From positions 2,640,001-2,672,000 of the forward strand of contig NZ_CP064923.1 of the NCBI RefSeq assembly GCF_018336915.1: 32,000 nt of DNA, in the 5' to 3' direction. Source of the stretch: Acaryochloris marina S15. Its GTDB lineage: Bacteria; Cyanobacteriota; Cyanobacteriia; Thermosynechococcales; Thermosynechococcaceae. Under the pieces are notes generated by a model. It ran no database searches. It saw only the letters and a program-made list of their open reading frames with translations, and was not told where the DNA came from. Both the position numbers and the translations under genes were made by a program. Below are positions 8,197 through 16,147 of the stretch, piece after piece; the stretch's first letter is position 1, and each line of letters starts with the position of its first letter.

Positions 8197-9465
8197 TTAG
8201 ATCCGAACAGACCCGAAATTAGACGACCTCGATATAAAGGCAAGTGTGACCGGGTAAACACCATTCCCTGTGAATCTTTCCGCGCCCAAGCCAAAATTGA
8301 TTTTGCTACAGATCGGTTGCAGCTCCCTGGCCTAGGTTGGATCGGTATTCCTGCCCTCTCTGTTCGATTGGGGAGTGTCATGATTAGACAGCAAGTGCAG
8401 ATGGCAAAGTATCCCGACCGCTACCCAGAACTAGCCAAAAAGCTGAATGAGCGGGATGCATTTTTGAGTGTGGCTAGATGGCTGGAGAGGGATATTCCAA
8501 TGCCAGAGAAGATAACGGGAGATATCAAAAAAGCTATCAATCATGCTGAATGCGTTATCAAGAAATCGGGCCAGGTCACACAGGCCATTGCAAAATTGAG
8601 AGAATTGTCAGAGAAGCGAGAATTACAACAGGCGATTAATGACCTTTGTACTCCTGGAGTCTTTAGGATTTGTCGACGCGGGGATAAATTCTATCTCCAA
8701 ATCGCGGTCCGCTCAGTAGTGAATCCTGGTAATCCTCGGCCCAAACCAATAGGTTTGGATGTAGGTTTAGATCTACTATGCTGCACGACCAATGGCGTGC
8801 AGACTAAGCATCCTGATTTGAGGCGATTGACTAGCAAAATTATTCGCCTCAAGCAGAAACAATCGCAGATGATGTTAGGTTCTGCAAACTGGCACCGTAT
8901 TCAAAAAAAGATTAGTAACGCGGAACGACAGAAAACTAAAGCCAAGCGCAACAAACAGCACTATATTGCAGGCTGGTTAGTGGACACTAATCAGCATATA
9001 GCGATCAAGAAAGTCAATCCAAAAGAGGTTGTCGCACGACCCTTGCCGCGACCGAGTGAAGACAACGAGCAATATCTACGTAATGGTAGAGAAGATCAGC
9101 GTATCATCAACTATCAGTCGAAGGAAGCCTCAGTTGGTCAGTTTATCAGCTTAATTCTTTCGAAAGCCAGTGACAGAGAAAATCGCATGATAGAATTGGT
9201 AGCATGTGAGCCTGAAGCCACACCGACTAAAATTTTGGAAGCGTCCAGTTTCCACTCCGGCGGTCCACAGTCGGAGCCAGCCCAAAACCTGCAAAGGACA
9301 CGGGAAGGTGATGCGGTAACGCTCACCATGCGAGGGGAAAGCAACAGCGACTCCTCAACAACTCATAGATCGAAGCAAGCCCATGAGCTTGCCAATCCAG
9401 CTAAAAGCCCCAAACCTTTCAAACGTCCACGGCGTAAGCCATGGGCTGAACGTAAGACCTTTTAG
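8197..9465 (+). pseudogene. C-terminal part (422 codons) of the TnpB/Cas12-like gene; RuvC-I is retained, while RuvC-II, the zinc finger and RuvC-III are lost
   Basis: DPNRPEIRRPRYKGK matches the P-R/K-F-K-x-K motif. Also present are LQLPGLGWIG, FRICRRGDKFYLQIAV, PIGLDVGLD (Asp codon 8758..8760) and GSANWHRIQKKISNAERQKTKAKRNKQHY. IAIKKV replaces I-x-I-E-D-L (Lys at 9007..9009). There is no Cys-containing zinc ribbon. QSEPAQNL (9268..9291) replaces D-x-N-A-A-x-N-I. Confidence 0.75.
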
Positions 9466-9523
9466 GTTTTTCAAATACTGACAGATTGGTTGTGGCTGAA
9501 GTTTGCGCCTTAGCAATTTATCC

Positions 9524-9556
9524 AATGCTTTCTACATGACAAAAGCATTTTGTTTA
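9524..9556 (+). terminator. Candidate intrinsic terminator downstream of the TnpB-like ORF
   Basis: AATGCTTT (9524..9531), a 10-nt loop, then AAAGCATT (9542..9549), followed by TTGTTTAT. The 8-bp stem is AT-rich, so this is only moderate support. Confidence 0.3.
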
Positions 9557-9708
9557 TGGGGTTATTCTTCCTTTTTACTTTCAAAAATACTGTGGAGACT
9601 AAGTTTTTGAAGACTGGGTGATTTAGGGCATTAGATCTAAAGTGTTGGTGGACATTGGGCCTACAGTTATCTGTTCTCAAAGCTCAACTTTACCCATCAA
9701 GCATCATA

Positions 9709-10122
9709 GCAAGCGTAAATATTACACATTTTAGCAATATTTCATGTTACTATATTTTCTTTGAGAGTAATGGTGAGAGATGGACTACGAATTTAGAGTA
9801 ATAGTCGAGAAAGTCTCCGTCACCAGCCAGGAAGTAGTCAAGCGAGACACTCAAAAAATATATGACATCCAACAACCCGAATCAATTCTCGATCTAGGAT
9901 TGCGTCATGAAGAGCAAATCTCTCTACTTTCCAAAGTCCAAAGTGCTCTGTTAGCCGAGCAATCAACCCTTATCGATCCTGGATTCAAGCAGTGTATCAA
10001 ATGCGGAGAGAAAATAGGCAAACTGGGTTTTCAAGCATCTACATTTCATGCCGTCTTCAGCGATCATAAACTCCGAATCCAAAAACATCGGTGCAAGATC
10101 CCTGAGTATTGTTGGCAAAGTA
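9709..10122 (+). mobile_element. 5' fragment of an ISKra4-like element (copy 1), truncated after about 113 codons
   Basis: The terminal repeat GCAAGCGTAAATATTACACATT at 9709..9730 matches the ends of the intact copy at 18988..20454. ORF 9780..10130 (MDYEFRVIVEKVSVTSQEVVKRDT...HRCKIPE) closely matches the first 110 or so residues of the 450-aa transposase. Nucleotide identity is roughly 85% by eye. Homology stops at ...tggcaaagtat (10122). Confidence 0.8.
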
Positions 10123-10268
10123 TCAACTGATTTCGGGTTTTAATCCATGGGTAAGATTATCTAAAACCCTTTTTCTGCATAGCATTCCACCGACACAAAC
10201 TAAAATGACGCCAGCCATTTAGTTTACCGTTCGTTAGGAGTGCAAATGCCTCAAACTAAGTCCCATAA

Positions 10269-11108
10269 ATGGATTCCAACCTACTTTTTGCAGGTACGAT
10301 AAACTTCGAAAAAAAGCTTAAAAGTAGCTTTATTCACATTAATTGTTGCTTGCGCATCAGTGCGAATGTCTCCTACGCTCAAGCTGCTAAAGATGTGACT
10401 TATTTAACGGGTATTCAGGTTGCAGCCAAAACCCAGCAACGCTTGGTCCATCAGCAACGGTTTCCTACGCCCCAGGCCCACGAAGCTTTAACTGAAGTGA
10501 GTGTCGATGGTGGCAAAGTACGCATCCGCACACCTGCAGGCCAACCTTGTCAGTGGAAAGACTATAAAACCTTAGCAACAGACGTGGGACTCATTGCGGA
10601 TTATCACAATAATGCCCGGCTCATTGGCTGGACTCACCAGCAACCGTTAGCCTCTCCAGTGACTTGCTTAGGGGATGGTCATGATGGCATTTGGAACATC
10701 ATTCGTCAGCTGAGCATACCTGAGCAACGACGGGAGATTCTGGACTGGTACCATCTGGTGGAAAATCTTCATAAGGTCGGTGGATCTCTCAAGCGTCTGC
10801 ACCAGGCTGAACAACTCTTATGGCAGGGGAAGGTGGATGAAACCTTGACTCTGTTTGAATCGTTGAAGAAAAAGCAAGCCCAAGTCTTTTGCAACTATAT
10901 CCGCAAACATCGGCATCGGATCGTCAATTATGACTATTACCAGAGTGAGCAAATTTGTTCTATTGGGTCTGGAGCTGTTGAATCTGCTATCAAACAGATT
11001 AGTCGCAGAGTCAAAATTTCAGGGGCGCAGTGGAATGAAAGCAATGTCCCGCAAGTGCTTGGACACCGATGTGCTTATCTCAATGGTTTAATTTGCATGC
11101 AAAGGTGA
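10269..11108 (+). CDS. ISKra4-family-like transposase of a second subgroup; probably N-terminally truncated, as no left end was found
   Basis: 279 aa with LGDGHDGIWN, LDWYHLVENL, LWQGKVDE and IGSGAVESAIKQISRRVKISGAQWNESNVPQVLGHRCAYLNG. These parallel LADGASNCW, LDWFHIGKKF, LWHGKVDD and SQVAESHID...MQWT in the 450-aa protein. The stop lies inside the terminal repeat at 11098..11117. A stop codon lies immediately upstream of the ATG, and no matching left repeat is nearby. Confidence 0.7.
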   Translation: MDSNLLFAGTINFEKKLKSSFIHINCCLRISANVSYAQAAKDVTYLTGIQVAAKTQQRLVHQQRFPTPQAHEALTEVSVDGGKVRIRTPAGQPCQWKDYKTLATDVGLIADYHNNARLIGWTHQQPLASPVTCLGDGHDGIWNIIRQLSIPEQRREILDWYHLVENLHKVGGSLKRLHQAEQLLWQGKVDETLTLFESLKKKQAQVFCNYIRKHRHRIVNYDYYQSEQICSIGSGAVESAIKQISRRVKISGAQWNESNVPQVLGHRCAYLNGLICMQR

Positions 11109-11117
11109 CATGCTCCC
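11098..11117. repeat. Right terminal repeat of the second ISKra4-like element
   Basis: TGCAAAGGTGACATGCTCCC is identical to the MITE terminus at 6305..6324 and is the reverse complement of 6204..6223. GC content drops abruptly immediately to its right. Confidence 0.8.
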
Positions 11118-12291
11118 GGACCTCTAGTTATGTATGGTAATTATTTTTTCAATACATAATATTACTTTATAAACAATGGATAGATACTAATATTACTTTT
11201 ACATAACAAAAAAAATGACTTTTAAATAGACTTTCTAGTAGTTTTTTAAAAACAGGTGATAATTAGTGACTTTAAACAGACTATTACTAAAATTAAATAT
11301 ATATATAAATATTAACAGTCTGGACAATAATATTTTTTAGAATATAATTAATTATCGGTTCCATTAATCTATAGCAGCTTATCTTCAAATCATGAATGCC
11401 TACAAATAATAGTCAGCATAGAAGATTTTACTTTTGTTTCAGTAATTCAATATGATTAACTATTATAATCTACATTTTCGTCTGAATTAAATTACTATTA
11501 ATAAGTTAAGTCAGAAAGCGTATATATCACACTCCTATTGGCATTAAGCTCCTTTATAAATTCTTTAATCTCATCTTTAATTATTTTTGTAATGGTATAA
11601 AATTTGGAATATGAGTACTGCGTTAGGTAAGATACTCAAAAAGTTCGTCAACAGTGCAAAGTAGAGTTTATGACATGGCAAGTCAGATTATCTTTTGAAA
11701 AGATGCTCATATATTGGTATTACATATCAAATAATGGAAGTAATCAAAGCTCAAAGCCTTTGACGTTAAAGAATAATTTGTGGTTCGATAATAATGTGAG
11801 CTAATAGAAAAGAGATGCACTTCACCAATGTATTTGCAAAAAAAAATATATAAAAACTATCATTAATGCTTGCAGCAAAATAAAAAAAACCTGTTTTTTT
11901 TTCGCAGTAAAGCTTACATCATTTTGTTAAACTAGGGCTGCTATAATCATTAATAAAAAAACAATGATGCTTATGAAAAAGTCATAAAGTTGACTTAAAT
12001 TATCTAAACAATGTAGGCTTTTCTGTTTTTCAAAAACTATAACTTATTAAACTAAACATTATTTTATTTATAAAATCAGCTTATATCAGTTTAGAAATAT
12101 TTTTTAACCCATTGTAAATTTAAGTGTTATGCCAATAAAATCACCTCTGAAATAAAAGGAGAAAAAAATTGTAGTTGTGAGAATCTCAAAGCATAAATTT
12201 TAACCTATCTTTTATGCAATTTTAGTAGCGATAACTCTTCCTAAGATAACCGATTAGTTTGAATAATTATTTTGTATGGCCTGGAGCAATT

Positions 12292-12879
12292 ATGTCAAAT
12301 TCAGTCAAAACTGAGTATTTTGAGTTTATGAGAACCGATCTTCAACAAACATTTTCTTCCAGTCATATAGAACCAAGCAAATTAAGTACATTTCAGCGAA
12401 TACTATTAACAACTGATGGAACAGTAACTGATATTCTTGAAGCTTATGCTTTTGAGCAAATTCAGATTGTAAAACTTTCAGAGAGTCTGTTTATACTGGA
12501 AGACGATATTAACTCTATGAAACTAAAAAAGGGATCTGAAGTAATCGCAAGAAAGATTTTGTTACAGGGGAAAATAAGCCGAAAAAACTTTGTTTACGCA
12601 GAATCAATTATTGCTCCAGAAAATCTAAATATTCGGTTTAGAGAAGCCCTTCTTAAAACTAAATCACCTATCGGAAAACTGTGGTTTGAACAACGCGTTG
12701 AAACATTTAAGGAAATAGTTAATACAAGTATTGAGTCTGCTACGAATCTATCAAAATATTTCAACATAGGAATTTCTGATAAACTTTTCTCAAGAACATA
12801 TCAAGTTTTTACAGATAATAAACCGGTTATGATGATTACGGAGAAGTTCCCAGAGTCTTATTTTACAGACTTATTTTGA
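12292..12879 (+). CDS. Chorismate pyruvate-lyase family (DUF98/UbiC-like fold) protein
   Basis: FQRILLTTDGTVTDILEAY, ...ARKILLQG..S...FVYAESII, SPIGKLW and PVMMITEKFPESYF fit the pattern I recall for DUF98 chorismate lyases such as mycobacterial Rv2949c. I prefer ATG 12292 (ggag 6 nt upstream) to the track's TTG at 12259. Confidence 0.65.
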   Translation: MSNSVKTEYFEFMRTDLQQTFSSSHIEPSKLSTFQRILLTTDGTVTDILEAYAFEQIQIVKLSESLFILEDDINSMKLKKGSEVIARKILLQGKISRKNFVYAESIIAPENLNIRFREALLKTKSPIGKLWFEQRVETFKEIVNTSIESATNLSKYFNIGISDKLFSRTYQVFTDNKPVMMITEKFPESYFTDLF

Positions 12880-13318
12880 TAAATTAGTATTCTCAGAGTC
12901 AAGAACTGAATTAGTATTTTGGTAAAGATATAAGTGGTCATATTAATCAGCCTATTTTGAATATTAAATGCTAAATGCAATATTGTAAAAACCAACTACT
13001 AATAAAAATTTCCTAAATTATTTTTTTCGTTCTTTATTAGCGATTACATAACTAATAGTTTTGCCTTAGAGAAAATATTTAATTTGTGAATGCTTCAACT
13101 CATATATATTTACTTTAATTTTGGATCTTTATTTTAAAGAATTAGTTATATATATCAACCTTTTTAATTAATGCTTAACCCAAAATTCCTAGAAATCTAT
13201 TAAGTATATATAAATAGAATAAGTAAAATATGCTGGACATCGTATTACGGTTAAATAAAAGGTTTATTTTTTAGAAAATGCAAAGATTTAACGTTTTCAA
13301 ATTTAGATAAGAGGAATA

Positions 13319-14851
13319 ATGCTTTATAACATCTTAAAAGAAGTAGCTATAAAAAACCCAAATGAAATAGCAATTATATACGGTGAAACAAAGATAACTT
13401 ACAATACCCTACTAGAAAAAATAAGCGGCTTAAGTGAAGGATTGAAGTCTATAGGGCTTAAAAAGGGAGATTGCTTAGCACTATTACTACCCAACTGCCC
13501 TGAATTCATTTTTACATTTTATGCTGCTATGACACTTGGAGCTATTATTTTACCCCTCAATCACTTGTTCAAAGCAGAGGAAGTAGAATTTTATCTGCAA
13601 GATAGTCATGCGAAATACATCATTACAGATAGTCATCGGTTTCAATCTTGTATACAGCTAATTTCTAATCTATCTAACTCAGTTGAAGTCATAGTAATAG
13701 ATTCTACTCGGACAAGTAGTCAATCTTTCTCTGATTTAATTAAATCGAATATTTTGGATACTAGACCTATACATATTGATCCTAACTCTAGTGCTATTTA
13801 TCAGTATTCATCAGGTTCGACTGGACGTCCCAAACGAGTTACCCGGACTCAATCGAATCTAGTCAGCGAAGTAAGAAGTTTCGGGGCAACCACTAATATA
13901 ACCCCTACTGATAAAATCCTCTGTATCGTCCCACTCTATCATGCTCATGGATTAGGGAACTGCCTGCTCGCTTCAACCTGTAATGGTGCGACACTAGTAA
14001 TTTTAGAGCCACTTATGAAGAATGATCTTCCAGTTGAAGTTCCATTTGTGTTTAGATGTCCAAGAGTTCTTGAACTAATAGAAAGTAAGAAAATTACAGT
14101 TTTACCTGCTGTTCCTTATATTTTTAGCACAATGGTTGAGACACCTGTATGTACCAATGCCAACCTTAACTCTTTAAGGCTTTGTTTTTCAGCTGGAAAC
14201 TTTCTTGACCAAAAAACTTTTGATCATTTTTTAAATAGATATGGTGTTCCTATTAGACAGCTTTATGGTTGCACAGAAGCTGGTTCAATTTCAATTAATT
14301 TAAGTACTGAGGTTGCACAGACTGCTAAGTCAGTAGGACAATCACTACTCGGCGTTCAAGTTTCCATTATTGACGATAACGGTAAAATTTTACCAAATGG
14401 TGAAATCGGGGAAATAATTGTTAAGAGCCAAGCTTTGACGAAAGGCTATGACAAAATGCCTGAATTAACTTCATTCGCTTTTCAAGATGGAGCTTACTAT
14501 ACAGGAGATCTAGGATTTTTAGATCAAAATAGATATTTATATATTACTGGCCGAAAAAAAATCTTAATTGATACAGGGGGACGGAAAGTAGATCCCATTG
14601 AGATTGAAGATGTCCTATTAACTAATCCTAAAATTAAAGAGGCTGTTGTAGTAGGTGTTAAAAGTAATCTTGCAGGAGAGTTGATTAAAGCAGTTGTGGT
14701 ATTAAAAAATGGTATTTATTACAGCGAAAAAGAAATTCAAATTTTTTGTAGAAAATATTTAGCTGACTATAAATCACCGAAGATGATTGAGATTCGCGAC
14801 GAAATCCCTAAGAGCCCTCTTGGAAAAGTTTTAAGGAAGGAGTTAATATAG
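13319..14851 (+). CDS. Stand-alone adenylate-forming enzyme (acyl/aryl-AMP ligase, ANL superfamily)
   Basis: Core motifs are present: YSSGSTGRPKRV (A3), YGCTEAG (A5), YYTGDLG (A7), GRKKILIDTGGRKVDPIEIE (A8) and PKSPLGKVLRKEL (A10). SD gagga precedes the ATG. Confidence 0.9.
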   Translation: MLYNILKEVAIKNPNEIAIIYGETKITYNTLLEKISGLSEGLKSIGLKKGDCLALLLPNCPEFIFTFYAAMTLGAIILPLNHLFKAEEVEFYLQDSHAKYIITDSHRFQSCIQLISNLSNSVEVIVIDSTRTSSQSFSDLIKSNILDTRPIHIDPNSSAIYQYSSGSTGRPKRVTRTQSNLVSEVRSFGATTNITPTDKILCIVPLYHAHGLGNCLLASTCNGATLVILEPLMKNDLPVEVPFVFRCPRVLELIESKKITVLPAVPYIFSTMVETPVCTNANLNSLRLCFSAGNFLDQKTFDHFLNRYGVPIRQLYGCTEAGSISINLSTEVAQTAKSVGQSLLGVQVSIIDDNGKILPNGEIGEIIVKSQALTKGYDKMPELTSFAFQDGAYYTGDLGFLDQNRYLYITGRKKILIDTGGRKVDPIEIEDVLLTNPKIKEAVVVGVKSNLAGELIKAVVVLKNGIYYSEKEIQIFCRKYLADYKSPKMIEIRDEIPKSPLGKVLRKELI

Positions 14852-14920
14852 CGAATTATTAATCGATTAATATCAAAAGAGCTAATATTGTTTATAAAAA
14901 ATTATTTGTGGATCACTAAA

Positions 14921-15169
14921 ATGACATATTCACCTGAAAAATTAACTGAAAAAATTAAAAGTGTGATTCTTGACCTTATACCTATCGATGAAGATAAATT
15001 GTTGGATAACTCAGATATCTTTAATTTAGGTTTAGACTCAATTAACGCTATGACACTAGTTTTTAATTTACAAGATACATTCTCAATAAAATTTGAAGTT
15101 CTTGAAATTGATGTTGAAAATTTCAGGAGTGTCAAGGATATATCCAAGCTTATAAGAAGCAAACTCTAA
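14921..15169 (+). CDS. Stand-alone acyl/peptidyl carrier protein
   Basis: LGLDSINAMTLVFNLQDTF carries the (L)GxDS phosphopantetheine-attachment serine. The protein is about 83 aa from ATG 14921; the track's TTG start at 14888 is less likely. Confidence 0.8.
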   Translation: MTYSPEKLTEKIKSVILDLIPIDEDKLLDNSDIFNLGLDSINAMTLVFNLQDTFSIKFEVLEIDVENFRSVKDISKLIRSKL

Positions 15170-15191
15170 TGACTTATTTTTTATTCTGAGA

Positions 15192-16046
15192 TTATTCTTC
15201 AAGGTGATTGGAAAAAAAAATTTCTACCATATTTAATATGCCCGGAGATGAGAATTTTTTACCATGTCCTCCACCATGAATAACTTCAAAAGTAACTTCA
15301 TTACCAGCTTGACTTAATGATTCATATAAGATTTGACTTTGATTTAAAGGAACAAGTAGATCATTATCTGCGTGCATAATAAGAAATGGCGGGACTGACG
15401 AGGTGATATGAGTGATTGGATTAGCTAAAGCGACTTTATCTACGGCTGATTGAATAGGATATCCAATTAACTCCGATTCGGGAGAGTCATAAGCATCATG
15501 ATCAATTTCACTAGGGTAACTATTCATTCTTAAAAAATCTGTCGGACCAAACCAATCACAAACAGCTTGAACTTTACTTGAAGATGATCTCCATGGTCCC
15601 GACTTATCGAATTCTTTCATATGCTGAGTTGTACCTAGGAGTGCTGCTAGATGCCCTCCTGATGAAGAACCCCAGACACCAATTTTCCTTGGATTCAAAT
15701 TTAACTCATTTGCGTTAGCTCGAAGAAACCGAACTGCACATTTGCAGTCTTCAAGCTGGGCTGGAAAGGGTGCTTCAAAGCTCAATCGATAATTAATACT
15801 TACGCAAAAGTAGCCACGTAGAGCAAAAGGGATAATTTTTTTCTTACCATCCTTCTTAGTACCTGATCGCCATCCACCTCCATGGATCCAAATTATTACA
15901 GGCATTGGCATTTTTGAGGGACAAATGAGATACATCATATCCATTGTTAGCGAACAAGTATTTGTTCTGCAATATTCAATGTCTTGTCGGTAAATTAGTT
16001 GTTTTCTTAGTCGTATGATGGATTCGAAAATTTGCAATTTATTCAA
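15192..16046 (-). CDS. Alpha/beta-hydrolase (esterase/lipase, HGGG-type)
   Basis: VIIWIHGGGW supplies the oxyanion HGGG. GVWGSSSGGHLAA is the GxSxG nucleophile elbow. HADNDLLVP and GGGHG supply candidate Asp and His. It is convergent with the carrier-protein gene. Confidence 0.85.
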   Translation of the reverse strand: MNKLQIFESIIRLRKQLIYRQDIEYCRTNTCSLTMDMMYLICPSKMPMPVIIWIHGGGWRSGTKKDGKKKIIPFALRGYFCVSINYRLSFEAPFPAQLEDCKCAVRFLRANANELNLNPRKIGVWGSSSGGHLAALLGTTQHMKEFDKSGPWRSSSSKVQAVCDWFGPTDFLRMNSYPSEIDHDAYDSPESELIGYPIQSAVDKVALANPITHITSSVPPFLIMHADNDLLVPLNQSQILYESLSQAGNEVTFEVIHGGGHGKKFSSPGILNMVEIFFSNHLEE

Positions 16047-16147
16047 TATCAGAAGAAGTTAACTCATTAAATTTATATTTCTATGAGCAAGCTGCAGGCA
16101 ATAGATTCTTATTTAGTGTTCGGTATATCTGGTATTTCTAAAGATAA

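Noticed and set aside
8154-8381. 75-aa minus-strand ORF across the IS630 right end.
   Set aside because: It spans the IS terminus and the TnpB-like coding sequence, so it is an artefact of the junction.
9200-9465. The possibility that the missing zinc finger and RuvC-III of the TnpB-like gene are hidden in another frame through frameshift decay.
   Set aside because: I translated the other two frames of 9181..9470. They contain frequent stops and no CxxC pairs or D-x-N-A-A-x-N-I. The in-frame QSEPAQNL aligns with the RuvC-III helix instead.
10123-10268. The segment between the truncated ISKra4-like copy 1 and the 279-aa transposase ORF, considered as the left end of the second ISKra4-like element.
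   Set aside because: It lacks the GGGAGCATGTCACCTTTGCA terminus, and a stop codon lies directly upstream of the ORF. Its origin is left unassigned.
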